NCBI GenBank assembly: GCA_043805555.1
Contig: JAZDHW010000172.1
Location: forward strand, 1,689-65,688
DNA from: Pseudomonadota bacterium
GTDB taxonomy: Bacteria; Desulfobacterota; Desulfarculia; Desulfarculales; Desulfarculaceae
DNA length: 64,000 nt
Reading direction: 5' to 3'
This document shows, in pieces, positions 1 to 10,417 of the stretch. The notes beneath the pieces are model-generated. The model searched no databases, was not told the DNA's origin, and worked only from the letters and a program-made list of their open reading frames with translations. Position numbers and translations under genes: made by a program. Every line of letters starts with the position of its first letter. The first letter of the stretch is position 1.

Positions 1-673
1 AGGAGACCTGGCCCCAGTGGTTGCCCGGCACGCCCTTGGGAAAACCCGTGGTGCCGCCGGTGTAGAGGATGTAGGAGAGGTCCTCCACCGGGTCCAGGTC
101 AACTTTCGGCGGCGCGGCCGGAGCCCTGAGCAGCTTGTTGAACTGGAGCACGTCGCCGGTCTTTTCCACCCGGCCGGTGGGGGCCACGTCCATCAGCATG
201 GCCACCAAGCGCTTGACCGGGCCCACCATGTCCAACAGGTTGGTGATGATGATGCGCCCCAGCCCGGAGCCCTCGGCCGCCTCGCGCACGTAGCCGTAGT
301 TGGTGTCGTGGCAGACCACCGCCTTGGCCCCGGCATCCTTGATCATGTAGGCCAGCTCGTGGCTGGTGTAGATGGGCGAGACCAGCACCGTGGCCACGCC
401 CAGCTTCTGGCAGGCCATGAAGGTGATGATGAACTGCGGGCAGTTGTACAGGTAGATCACCAGGCGGTCGCCCTTCACGAGCCCCAGGCGCGCCAGCCCG
501 GTGGCGCAACGGTCCACCAGCTCCTTGAGCTTGGCGAAGCTGAAGCGCCGGCCCAGGAAGATCAGGGCCGTGGCCCGGGGGTTTTTCGCGGCCGCCGCCT
601 CGAAGCGGGTGAAGGTGAACTCCGCCGCGGGCTGCGGCCGGGGATCGTTTGCTGCTCTGGGTTGCGCGCTCAC
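1..673 (-). CDS. AMP-dependent acyl-CoA synthetase/ligase, N-terminal part (3' end lies beyond the window)
   Basis: The minus-strand frame reads ...VEDLSYILYTGGTTGFPKGVPGNHWGQVS over nt ~90-1, which is the AMP-binding motif. The frame stays open back to a GTG at 673. It is absent from the ORF track because it runs off the edge. Confidence 0.7.
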   Translation of the reverse strand, partial: MSAQPRAANDPRPQPAAEFTFTRFEAAAAKNPRATALIFLGRRFSFAKLKELVDRCATGLARLGLVKGDRLVIYLYNCPQFIITFMACQKLGVATVLVSPIYTSHELAYMIKDAGAKAVVCHDTNYGYVREAAEGSGLGRIIITNLLDMVGPVKRLVAMLMDVAPTGRVEKTGDVLQFNKLLRAPAAPPKVDLDPVEDLSYILYTGGTTGFPKGVPGNHWGQVS

Positions 674-702
674 TGGAGGCTCACCTCGTTTTGTCCCGCC
701 GC

Positions 703-759
703 CCTTGGCATGCGTTTTTGCAGCGCGCGTCAGCGCGCGTGCAAAAAGCCATGCCAAGG
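703..759. repeat. 57-nt near-perfect palindrome (long hairpin) between the livF stop and the ligase start
   Basis: CCTTGGCATGCGTTTTTGCAGCGCGCG-tca-GCGCGCGTGCAAAAAGCCATGCCAAGG. The arms are complementary except for a 2-nt swap. Confidence 0.6.
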
Positions 760-817
760 CGTGGCGGGCGCGGGGTTGGTCATTGCCGGTTCTAGCCGCC
801 GCGCCGCCCGGACCCGA

Positions 818-1556
<739 letters not shown>

Positions 1557-1564
<8 letters not shown>

Positions 1565-2336
1565 AGCTGTAGACCTCCTCGCTGCCGAAGTAGGCCCGCT
1601 TGACCTCCGCGTGGGCCATCACCTCATCCGGGGTGCCCTCGGTGATCTTGGCCCCGAAGTTGAGCACCAGCACCCGGGTGGCCAGGCGGAACAGTTCGCG
1701 CAGGCGGTGCTCCACCATGATCAGCGTCACACCCTCCTGCACCAGCTTCTCCATCAACGGCAGCATGGAGGCCATCTCGCTCATGGAAAGCCCGCTGAAG
1801 ACCTCGTCGCACAGGATGATGTCGGGCCGCAGCGCCAGGCAGCGCGCCAGTTCCAGGCGCTTCAAATAGCCGGTGGGCAGGGCCGAGGCGGCCTTGTAGG
1901 GCACGTAGGAGTCGCGCTCAAAACCGATCTCCTCCAATATGTCCACCGCCACCGCGTCGCGGCTGCCCAGGCGGCCGCCGCCGCGCCAACCGCCGGTGCG
2001 CCGGGCGCGCCGGCTGAAAAGCGGCACGATCAGGTTCTTGAACGCCGGCAGGCTGTAGTAGGGGCGCATCACCTGGAAGGTGCGGGTCAGCCCCAGGTCG
2101 GCGATCTTGTGGGGCTCCCAGTTGGTGATGTCCCGGCCCTGATAGACGACCTTGCCGGTGTCGATCTGGATGAAGCCGGTGATGGCGTTGACCAGCGTGG
2201 TCTTGCCCGAGCCGTTGGGGCCGATGATGCCCAACACATCGCCCTGCTTCAGCTCGAAGCTCACCCCGGTCAGGGCCTGCACCCCGCCGAAGGCCTTGTT
2301 CACGTCGCGGACGCTGAGTATGGTTTTCTCGCTCAT
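1557..2336 (-). CDS. livG: Liv-type ABC transporter ATP-binding protein (LivG-like)
   Basis: Walker A GPNGSGKTT and the LivG-type C-terminus ...EVKRAYFG. It overlaps the permease gene by 4 nt. Confidence 0.9.
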
Positions 2337-3394
2337 ATTTCCACCCAGCGCTCGAACTGTTCGTACTTGCGCGCCATGTAGGGCAGGATGCCCTCGCTCT
2401 TGAAAACCACGAACCCGGTGAGGATCACGGCGTAGACCGCGATGCGCAGGGTGCCGAAGTCACGCAGGAGCTCGGAGACCGGCACCAGGATCAGGCAGCC
2501 CAACAGCGGCCCGATCAGGGTGCCCGGCCCGCCCACCACCGTGGCCGCGATGGGGATGATGGAAAAGTCCAGGGCGAACTGGCTGATGCCGGCCCACATG
2601 TACATGTGGGAGAGGAAGGCCCCGCCCAGGCAGCCGATGGAGCTGGCGATGAACACGCCCAGGGCCTTGAAGGCCGTGATGCTGATGCCGCTGGCCTTGA
2701 CCGCCTGGTCGTTGTCCTTGACCCCGCGGAAGACCAGGCCCACGTCTTCTTCCACCAGCCGGCGCAGGCTGAAGAGCACCAGCAGGGCCAGGCCCAGGAG
2801 CAGGTATTGCTCCAAAAACCGGCTGGGCATGCCGTCCACGCCCAGGATGCCGTCGGTGCCGCCCAGGATGTCCAGGGCCTCGATCACCCGCGCGAGCAAC
2901 AGCGGGAACATCAGGCTGACGATGGCGAAGTACACGCCCCGAAGCGGCAGGCAGGGCCACAGGAGCAGGGTGCAGATGCCGCCGCCCAGGATGGTGGCCA
3001 GGGGCACGGTCAACAGCGGCGGGAGCCCCAGGCTGGTGTTGAGGATGGCGGCCAGATAAGCCCCCACCCCGATGTATAGCGCCCCGCCCAGGCTGACCAG
3101 GCCCACGAAATGGGCCAGGAAATCGAAGCTGATGGACAACAGCCCGTAGATGCAGATGATGGAGACCACCCGCTGCCAGTAGGGCGCCGCCCAGAAGATC
3201 AGGGGCAGGGCCAACAGCCCCAGGATCAAAAGCAGGCGCGGGGCCACCAGATAGCCGATTTCCTGCCAGGAGCTGACCGCGTAGACCGTGTCCGAGCGCA
3301 CTTTGATGCCCCGGTCCACCCGCTCCTTGCGCATGTTGCTCTGTCGTGCTGACATCCGTGGTCGCTCCCCTAGGAGGTCACACCCGCTCCTCAA
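2333..3394 (-). CDS. livM: Liv-type ABC transporter permease (LivM-like)
   Basis: Multi-TM hydrophobic protein positioned between livH and livG. The start is uncertain, with alternative ATGs at 3355 and 3334. Confidence 0.8.
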   Translation of the reverse strand: MRSGCDLLGERPRMSARQSNMRKERVDRGIKVRSDTVYAVSSWQEIGYLVAPRLLLILGLLALPLIFWAAPYWQRVVSIICIYGLLSISFDFLAHFVGLVSLGGALYIGVGAYLAAILNTSLGLPPLLTVPLATILGGGICTLLLWPCLPLRGVYFAIVSLMFPLLLARVIEALDILGGTDGILGVDGMPSRFLEQYLLLGLALLVLFSLRRLVEEDVGLVFRGVKDNDQAVKASGISITAFKALGVFIASSIGCLGGAFLSHMYMWAGISQFALDFSIIPIAATVVGGPGTLIGPLLGCLILVPVSELLRDFGTLRIAVYAVILTGFVVFKSEGILPYMARKYEQFERWVEI

Positions 3395-4244
3395 GCTCTT
3401 TTTGGCGTCCGAAGATGCCGCTGGGCTTGAGGATCAGGGTGATGATGATGGCCAAGATGGCCACCACCACCGAGTAGTGGCTGCCCAGATAGGTCGTGGT
3501 GAGGATCTGGGCGAAGCCGATGATGAAGGCCGCCAACACCGCGCCGGTCCAGGAGCCCAGACCGCCCACGATGCACACCGCCACCGCCATGATCAGGACC
3601 TGGTAGCCGGCCTCGACCACGATGTTGCCCAGGGGCAGCAGCACCAGGGCCGCCGCGCCGGCAAACAGCGCGCCCAAAGCCATGGAGACCACGGCCATGC
3701 GGTCGCTGTCGATGCCCAGCGTGAGCGCCGCGCGCTCGTCCTGGGCCATGCCCTTCAAGGCCAGGCCCAGGCGGGTGCGGTTGACGAAGGTCCACAGCGC
3801 GCCCACCAGCACCACGCCCAGGATGATGACCCAGATGCGCTGCCAGTCCAGGCTGGCGCCGAAGAACGTCACGCTTCCGGAGGTGAAAGGCGGCAGGGTG
3901 ATGGTGCTGCCCTTCAGCCCGCCCCAGCGCAGGCCCTCCAGGATGGCCAGGCCCACCGCGTAGGAGGCGATGATCTCGCTGATGGCCATGCCGCGCACCC
4001 GCACCAGGATCACGTGGTACAGGAATGCGCCCACCAACGCGATGAAGGCCAGGGCCAGCAGGCCGGCCAGCAGATAGGGCAGACCCAACCGCTGGAACAG
4101 CACCCAGCAGATATAGCCCGCCGTCACGTAGAGGGCGCCGTGGGCGAAGTTGGGCAGGCGGCTGATGCCGTAGACCAGGGTGAATCCCACGGCCATCAGG
4201 GCCAGGGCCACGCTGTTCACGATGCCGTAGATGATCAGTTCCAT
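3378..4244 (-). CDS. livH: Liv-type ABC transporter permease (LivH-like)
   Basis: 288-aa polytopic protein with the typical N-terminus MELIIYGIVNS...LALMAVGFTLVYG. Confidence 0.9.
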   Translation of the reverse strand: MELIIYGIVNSVALALMAVGFTLVYGISRLPNFAHGALYVTAGYICWVLFQRLGLPYLLAGLLALAFIALVGAFLYHVILVRVRGMAISEIIASYAVGLAILEGLRWGGLKGSTITLPPFTSGSVTFFGASLDWQRIWVIILGVVLVGALWTFVNRTRLGLALKGMAQDERAALTLGIDSDRMAVVSMALGALFAGAAALVLLPLGNIVVEAGYQVLIMAVAVCIVGGLGSWTGAVLAAFIIGFAQILTTTYLGSHYSVVVAILAIIITLILKPSGIFGRQKELEERV

Positions 4245-4305
4245 GCTGCTCGGCTCTCGGCGGCCGGGGCGCGGGGCCCCGGCCGCCCGCAGGTTGGAGG
4301 GGTTG

Positions 4306-5574
4306 CTACTTCATCCAGGGCGGCAGCAGGATTTCGCCGGTGGCGATCTTCGGCGGGAAGACCACCACGCGCTTGCCGGCTTGCCATTGGAAGATGGTGC
4401 CCACCGCGCCCTCGTTGGGGTCGAGGCTGGGGATGACCTGGTTGTCCTTGGGGTTGAACTTGATGCGCCCGTAGACGCCCATCAGGTCGATGCTCTTCAT
4501 GGCCGCCACCAGCTTGTCCGGGTCCATGCTGCCGGCCCGCTCGATGGCGTCCTTGATGGCGTAGACGGCCATGTAGCTGGAGCTGGAGCCGTAGCCCTCG
4601 GGCTCCAGGCCGTACTTCTTCTGGTAGGCGTCCACGAACTTCATGGTCCAGGGGGTGGCCTGGCTGGGCGCGTTGCCGGCGTTGACCACGTTGGCCAGGC
4701 AGTACTCGCCCTTGCCCTCGGTGGCCGCCCAGAAGCCGGGCTGCTCGGCCGCGGCGATGATGGAGCCGAAAGGCAGGGCCGGGATCTTCATGTCGTTCCA
4801 CTGCTTGAGCAGGATGGAGGTCTCGGGCATGTCCATCCAGATCAGGATGATCTGGGCCTTTTCGTTCTTGGCCTTGACCAGGCCCATGCTGAAGTCCGTG
4901 TTGCCGGTGGGATAGACCTCGGGCTCAAAAACCTTCCAGCCCTTGCCGGCCATCACCTTGGCGATGATGGCGCCGCCGGCCCGGGCGTGGGCCACGTCCT
5001 GGACCATGATGGACAGGCGGTTCAAGTTGTACTTCTGCCCGATCATCTCCAGGCAGGGGATGATCTCGCCGGTGACCATCCACTTGGCCTCGCCGGAGAT
5101 GCGGAACAGGTACTTGAACTTATCGGGGTTCTCACTCACCATGGCGTTGTATTTGGGGGTCAGCGCGCCGGTGGTCAGGATGCTGATCTTCTTGTTGTTG
5201 GCGATCAGCGGCATGGCGGCCAGGGCCGCCTCGGAGCGCACCGGGCCGCCCACGATGAAGTCGGCCTTCTTCTCCAGCAGCAGCTTTTCCACCGCCAGGA
5301 GCGCCTCGCTCACCGGCACGCCGGGTTCCAGGTCGCGGGTGTCGATGACCTCCACCTTGAAGGGGCGCGTTTCCTTGCCCACCTTCACCCCGCCGGCGGC
5401 GTTGATTTCATCCACGGCCAGCTTGATCGCCCGCTCCGCGTCCCAACCATAGAGGAATGCCGTGGAAAGCGGGCAACCCAGCACAATGGGGTCGGCCGCC
5501 CTGGCGGGTGTGCCAGCGAACAGGCCGGCCACCAGGGCCAGGGCCAAGAAAACCCGTACGGCGATTCTTTTCAT
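4306..5574 (-). CDS. Periplasmic substrate-binding protein of the Leu/Ile/Val-binding (type I) family
   Basis: Signal peptide MKRIAVRVFLALALVAGLFAG follows the ATG at 5574, and GAGGAGG lies 9 nt upstream. The 5619 start in the track is probably too long. Confidence 0.85.
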   Translation of the reverse strand: MKRIAVRVFLALALVAGLFAGTPARAADPIVLGCPLSTAFLYGWDAERAIKLAVDEINAAGGVKVGKETRPFKVEVIDTRDLEPGVPVSEALLAVEKLLLEKKADFIVGGPVRSEAALAAMPLIANNKKISILTTGALTPKYNAMVSENPDKFKYLFRISGEAKWMVTGEIIPCLEMIGQKYNLNRLSIMVQDVAHARAGGAIIAKVMAGKGWKVFEPEVYPTGNTDFSMGLVKAKNEKAQIILIWMDMPETSILLKQWNDMKIPALPFGSIIAAAEQPGFWAATEGKGEYCLANVVNAGNAPSQATPWTMKFVDAYQKKYGLEPEGYGSSSSYMAVYAIKDAIERAGSMDPDKLVAAMKSIDLMGVYGRIKFNPKDNQVIPSLDPNEGAVGTIFQWQAGKRVVVFPPKIATGEILLPPWMK

Positions 5575-5578
5575 CCCT

Positions 5579-5794
5579 TCATGCCTCCTCTTTGCTTTGG
5601 CAGTTGCGGAGCGGCTCACCGTCCATGTCCAGCCCGTGGCTCGCCAGGAGCCCGGTCAGGCCCTCGGCGTTCACACCGAGGATGCGGCAAGCCCATTCCA
5701 GGTCGCCCTTGGTGTGGCGCAGCACCTGCTGGATATGCTCCTTGCGAACCTGGCTGAGTGGCTCGACGCGCGACATCCGGCGCAGCTTCTCCAT
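5579..5794 (-). CDS. Small Fis-type helix-turn-helix protein
   Basis: ...VRKEHIQQVLRHTKGDLEWACRILGVNAEGL resembles the C-terminal HTH of NtrC-family proteins. The stop abuts the livK-like RBS. The start is ambiguous (5794 or 5776). Confidence 0.45.
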   Translation of the reverse strand: MEKLRRMSRVEPLSQVRKEHIQQVLRHTKGDLEWACRILGVNAEGLTGLLASHGLDMDGEPLRNCQSKEEA

Positions 5795-5813
5795 GGGGGG
5801 TCGCACCCGGAAT

Positions 5814-5830
5814 AAGCAAGAAGCATGCCG
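5814..5830 (-). promoter_or_regulatory. Sigma-54 (-24/-12) promoter candidate
   Basis: The minus strand reads CGGCATGCTTCTTGCTT against the consensus TGGCACG-N4-TTGCW. The GG and GC dinucleotides have the correct spacing. The site lies just upstream of the small HTH ORF and the liv operon, next to an NtrC-type activator gene. Confidence 0.55.
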
Positions 5831-5976
5831 GTGTTTGGCCATGCGGCGCCGTCATCGCCGCGCCGCATGGCAGCAAGCCGTTTCGATAGCCGGGACATTG
5901 GCCCGGCCCGGTCCGGCCCGGCCCGCCGGCAAGGATGCCTGGCAAGGGGGTGGAAAGAAGCTTTGCAGGGAGGTGG

Positions 5977-7344
5977 TTAGCTTTTGCGGTAGAGGCTGAA
6001 ATGGCCCATGCGCTTGCGCAGGGTGGGGCGCGAGATGCCCAGGGCCCGGGCGGTGGCCGAGATGTTCCAGTCGTTCTCATTGAGGGCGAAGAGGATGTGC
6101 TGGTGCTCCACCTCCTCCAGGGTGGAGAGATTGGGCCCGGCGGCGGGCGCGGCCGGGCCGGGCTCGGAGGCGGACAGGGCTTCGGTCACCGCCTCGGCCA
6201 AGAGCACCGGGCCGCGGCTGTCCATGGCCGCCCGGGTCAGCACGTTCTTTAGCTCGCGCACGTTGCCCGGCCAGTGGTGGGCGCGCAACTGGTCCATGGC
6301 CGGGCCCTCCACCCGGTTGACGGCGATGGACAGCTCGGCGTTGACCCGGCCCAGGAAGTATTGCACCAGCTTGGGCAGGTCGCTGATGCGCAATCGCAGG
6401 GGCGGCACCTCGATGGCCACCACCTTGAGCCGGAACAGGAGGTCCTGGCGGAAGCGTCCCTGGCGCGCCAGATCGCGCAGGTCGCGGTTGGTGGCGGCGA
6501 TGATGCGGGCCTGGGAGCGCTGCACCTGGGTGCCGCCCACCCGGGTGAACTCGCGGTTTTCCAAAAACCGCAGCAGCTTGGCCTGCAACAAGAGGGGCAG
6601 CTCGCCCACTTCGTCAAAAAAGATGGTGCCCTGGCCGGCCAGCTCCAGGCGGCCCTTCTTGTTTTCCACCGCGCCGGTGAAGGCCCCGCGCTCGTGGCCG
6701 AAAAGCTCGGACTCCATCAGGTTGCCCACCAGGGTGGTGCAATCCACGGTGACAAAGGGCTGGCCCTTGTCCTGGGAGGAATCATGGATCACCCGGGCGA
6801 TGAGGTCCTTGCCGCTGCCGGTCTCGCCGGTGATGAGCACCGTGGCCCGGTTGCGCGAGAGCAGGCCGATGGTCTTGAAGATGGAGTTCATCTCCGGGGT
6901 GTCGCCGATGATGCGCCGGCGCGCGTCGGGCGCCGTCTCCTTGCCGATCACCGGCTGGTGCGACAGGGTGGCGGCGGCGATGTGCAGGGCCTTGGCGATG
7001 ACCCGGTCCAGGTCCGGGGCCTTCAAGGGTTTTTGCAGGTAGTCGTAGGCGCCCAGGCGCATGGCCTCGATGGTGGTCTCCATGTCGTGGAAAGCCGTGA
7101 TCATGATGACCTTGGCCTCGGGGTCCTGGCTGGCGATGCGCGGCAGAAGCTCCAGGCCGGAGATGTCGGGCAGCTTGATGTCCATGATGACCACGGCCGG
7201 CTTGAGCTGGGCCCACAGGGCCAGGCCCTCGCCGCCGCTGCCGGCCGCCCAGACCTGGTAGCCCTTTTCCTTGAGGAACATCTCCAGCGACTCGCGCAGG
7301 GAGTCGTCGTCCTCCACGATGAGGATGCGCTTCATGGCCGCCAT
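5977..7344 (-). CDS. Sigma-54-dependent response regulator (NtrC/AtoC family)
   Basis: REC domain (ILIVEDDD...MDIKLPD), AAA+ domain with GETGSGKD and GAFTGA, and a C-terminal Fis HTH. Confidence 0.9.
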   Translation of the reverse strand: MAAMKRILIVEDDDSLRESLEMFLKEKGYQVWAAGSGGEGLALWAQLKPAVVIMDIKLPDISGLELLPRIASQDPEAKVIMITAFHDMETTIEAMRLGAYDYLQKPLKAPDLDRVIAKALHIAAATLSHQPVIGKETAPDARRRIIGDTPEMNSIFKTIGLLSRNRATVLITGETGSGKDLIARVIHDSSQDKGQPFVTVDCTTLVGNLMESELFGHERGAFTGAVENKKGRLELAGQGTIFFDEVGELPLLLQAKLLRFLENREFTRVGGTQVQRSQARIIAATNRDLRDLARQGRFRQDLLFRLKVVAIEVPPLRLRISDLPKLVQYFLGRVNAELSIAVNRVEGPAMDQLRAHHWPGNVRELKNVLTRAAMDSRGPVLLAEAVTEALSASEPGPAAPAAGPNLSTLEEVEHQHILFALNENDWNISATARALGISRPTLRKRMGHFSLYRKS

Positions 7345-9074
7345 GGCAGCCTCATGATGAAGGCGACCCCCACCCCCTGGCGGCCCTTGACCGCCACCGA
7401 GCCGCCGTGGGCCTCGATGATGCGCTTGACGATGGATAGCCCCAGGCCGGTGCCGCGGTTCTTGTTGGTGTAGAAGGGCGTGAACAGGTTTTCCTGCACC
7501 TCAGGGGCCAGGCCGGGGCCGTTGTCATGCACGCCCAGCTCCACCCACGAGCGCTCCGGGTCGGCCCGGCCCCGGCTCCAGACCGTGATGCGCCCGCCCG
7601 GCTCCAGGCTCTCCACCGCGTTGAGCATCAGGTTCAGGATGGCCTGCTCCATCTTGCCCAGGTCGGCCAGGGCCGGGGGCAGGCCGGGCTGGTGGCGCTG
7701 GCGCACGCTGATGCCCGCGGCCTTGATGCGCTCGGCCAGCAGATCCACGCAGTCGCGGGCGGCCTGGGCCAGGTCCAGGGGCGCGGGCTCGATGTTCATG
7801 GGCCGGGCCATGTCCAGGAGCTGGTGCAGGATGCTGTCCAGGCGGGTCAGCTCGCGCACGGTCATCTCCAGCCGGCGGCGGTCGAAGCCCTCCAGGTTCA
7901 GCTTCTCCTGCAAGATCATAATGTTGAGCGTGCAGGTGGAAAGCGGGTTGCGGATCTCGTGGCTCAGGGAGGCGGCGATCTGGCCCACGTAGGCCATGCG
8001 CTCGTTCTCGCGCAGGCGGTTTTCCATGGCCACCCGGCCGCTGGTGTCGCGGCAGATGCCGATGGTCACCGGGATCTGGCCCAGCTCCACCACCTTGTAT
8101 TTGATCTCGGTGTAGGCCTCGTCCGGCGGGCAGCCGGAGCGGGTGTACTCCATCTGGCCGCCCTGGGAGCGGCTGTTGAAGGCCTCGCGCAGGGCCTCCA
8201 CCACCCGGCTGCGGCAGTCGGGGGCGACGAAATCCACGAACGGCCGGCCGGGCACGCTCTCCGGCGGGGCCCCGTGCATGCGGCAGAAGGCCAGGTTGGC
8301 GAAAGACACCCGCTCGCCCTGGATCATGAAGTAACCGTCGTTGATCTCGTTGACCAGGGTCTTGTAGCGCTGCTCGCTCTCGGCCAGTTCGGCGGTGCGG
8401 ATGCGCACCGTGCGCTCCAGGCCCTGGGCGTGGGAGCGGATGGCCTTTTCGGCCATCTGCTGGAAAAGGTCGGAGAAGCGGTGGATGGTGAAGGCCAGGC
8501 ACTGGTTGATCGGCCCCAGGCAGGCCATGAGCAGGGGGGCCTGCTCCGGGCTTTGCAGGCGCCCCACCACGATGACCCGAAACAGCTCGAAAGCCTTTTG
8601 CACGTCGCTGAGCGGGAAGCCGGATTGCAGGCGCATCTCGGTGATGAAACGGATGAAGCGCCGGATGCGCTCCAGGTCGCCGCGGGTGAGCGCGGCCAGG
8701 TTGGCCCGGAAGGCCTCGGTGACCGTGACGTAAAGCTCGCTGGTGGGCCGGTTGGTGTAGAGCTGGGAGAGGTTGGCCAGTTGGTCGACCCATTCGTCCA
8801 CCAGGTCGTCGGCCGAAGCCTCCAGCCAGCGCAGGAAGGCCTGATAGGACGGCGACGTCCGGGGCAGCGCCAGGGCCGGTGCGGCCTGGCCCCCCGTGGC
8901 CGCGCTTGGTTCTTCCTGCTGGACGGCTGACATGCCGGCCCCCCCAGGCCCTGGACCCTCCGGGCGGCCTTCGCCCAGCGTGGCCAGGCTGTAACGTAGC
9001 TGCTTGGTAGCTGTATCCGGCATGCTAGCACAACCGCCGGCCGCCAAACAAGGCGGCTGGGGCCCGGCCGCCAC
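7332..9074 (-). CDS. PAS-domain sensor histidine kinase
   Basis: H-box SLSHEIRNPL and HATPase motifs (NLMLNAVES, DNGPG, GTGLGL). It overlaps the regulator gene by 13 nt. The start is uncertain (9074, 9023 or 8933). Confidence 0.85.
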   Translation of the reverse strand: MAAGPQPPCLAAGGCASMPDTATKQLRYSLATLGEGRPEGPGPGGAGMSAVQQEEPSAATGGQAAPALALPRTSPSYQAFLRWLEASADDLVDEWVDQLANLSQLYTNRPTSELYVTVTEAFRANLAALTRGDLERIRRFIRFITEMRLQSGFPLSDVQKAFELFRVIVVGRLQSPEQAPLLMACLGPINQCLAFTIHRFSDLFQQMAEKAIRSHAQGLERTVRIRTAELAESEQRYKTLVNEINDGYFMIQGERVSFANLAFCRMHGAPPESVPGRPFVDFVAPDCRSRVVEALREAFNSRSQGGQMEYTRSGCPPDEAYTEIKYKVVELGQIPVTIGICRDTSGRVAMENRLRENERMAYVGQIAASLSHEIRNPLSTCTLNIMILQEKLNLEGFDRRRLEMTVRELTRLDSILHQLLDMARPMNIEPAPLDLAQAARDCVDLLAERIKAAGISVRQRHQPGLPPALADLGKMEQAILNLMLNAVESLEPGGRITVWSRGRADPERSWVELGVHDNGPGLAPEVQENLFTPFYTNKNRGTGLGLSIVKRIIEAHGGSVAVKGRQGVGVAFIMRLPWRP

Positions 9075-9213
9075 TTCAATGACGCCGACCCCTTGTCAGG
9101 CCCCCGAACCAGGTGCTAAATATTGGGAAGCCCCCATTTTTGTCACGCCAGGCCGCGCGGGGGCCCAGGTCATTCACCTAAATCAGGCGGGGCTCCCCCC
9201 CGAGGAGAGGGCC

Positions 9214-10230
9214 ATGACATCGGAGATCGGCGTCACCGTTACCCAGCACCTTCTGAGCCAGCAGGCCGAGCACGGCGGCGCCACCGGCGCCTTCACCCGC
9301 CTGCTCAACGAGCTGATCCTCTCGGCCAAGATCATCAGCCGCGAGGTGACCAAGGCCGGCCTGGTGGAGATCCTGGGTTTCACCGGCCAGCGCAACGTGC
9401 AGGGCGAGCGGGTGCGCAAGCTCGACGAGTTCGCCCACGACGTGATGGTCCACCGCCTCTGCCACTCCGGCCATTTGTGCGTCATGGGCTCGGAGGAGGA
9501 CGCCGACCCCATCGAGGTGCCGCGCGGTTTCCAGGTGGGCAACTATGTCTGCCTCTTCGACCCCCTGGACGGATCGAGCAACATCGACGCCAACGTCTCC
9601 ATCGGCACCATCTTCAGCGTGCTGCGCAAGCAGAGCAGCGACCACACCTATCAGATGAGCGACCTGCTGCAGCCGGGCTACAAGCAGGTGGCGGCCGGCT
9701 ACTTCCTCTACGGCTCCTCCACCATGATGGTCTACACCACCGGCGCCGGGGTCAGCGGCTTCACCCTGGACCCCAGCGTGGGCGAGTTCCTGCTCAGCCA
9801 CCCCAACATCGAGATCCCCCAGAAGGGCAAGATTTTCAGCGCCAACACCGGCTACTGGGATTTCTGGGACGAGGACACCCGGGCCTACCTGGACTACCTG
9901 CGCCGGCCGGGGCCGGACAAGCCGGTCTACTCCCTGCGCTACATCGGCTCCCTGGTGGCCGACTTCCACCGCACCCTGCTCTACGGCGGCGTGTTCCTGT
10001 ACCCCTCCGACAGCAAGGACCCCAAGAAGCCCCACGGCAAGCTGCGCCTGCTCTACGAGTGCTCGCCGCTGTCGTTCATCTGCGAGCAGGCCGGCGGCGC
10101 GGCCAGCACCGGCCGCCAGCGCATCATGGAGGTGCAGCCCAGCGAGCTGCACCAGCGGGTGCCCATCGTCATCGGCAGCGCCGAGGAGGTCTACCTGGCC
10201 GAGCAGTTCTACGCCGGCAAAAGGCTTTAG
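9214..10230 (+). CDS. fbp: Fructose-1,6-bisphosphatase class 1
   Basis: MTSEIGVTVTQHLL..., DPLDGSSNID and GKLRLLYE motifs. The ATG at 9214 gives about 338 aa, so the 9004 start in the track is too long. Confidence 0.9.
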   Translation: MTSEIGVTVTQHLLSQQAEHGGATGAFTRLLNELILSAKIISREVTKAGLVEILGFTGQRNVQGERVRKLDEFAHDVMVHRLCHSGHLCVMGSEEDADPIEVPRGFQVGNYVCLFDPLDGSSNIDANVSIGTIFSVLRKQSSDHTYQMSDLLQPGYKQVAAGYFLYGSSTMMVYTTGAGVSGFTLDPSVGEFLLSHPNIEIPQKGKIFSANTGYWDFWDEDTRAYLDYLRRPGPDKPVYSLRYIGSLVADFHRTLLYGGVFLYPSDSKDPKKPHGKLRLLYECSPLSFICEQAGGAASTGRQRIMEVQPSELHQRVPIVIGSAEEVYLAEQFYAGKRL

Positions 10231-10234
10231 CCGG

Positions 10235-10355
10235 ATGCCTGAAAAGTCCATCCCTGGACTTTTCAGGCCCGCGGCGGACGAAGAAAATTCGTTCGCCGCG
10301 GCGAAAAGCTTGCCCCAGGGGGGCTACGCTTTTCGGCGGGCCATCCATGGCCCGC
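10235..10355. repeat. Mosaic of intergenic hairpins
   Basis: The mosaic contains GAAAAGTCCATCCCTGGACTTTTC, GCGGCGGACGAAgaaaaTTCGTTCGCCGC and GGCGGGCCATCCATGGCCCGC. The same modules recur at 27896, 53370-53491 and inside the MITEs. Confidence 0.7.
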
Positions 10356-10417
10356 AGTCTGAAGCCGAGGTTTGCCCGGGCAATGGGACAGACCAAAGCG
10401 CCGATCCCGGCGCGCTG

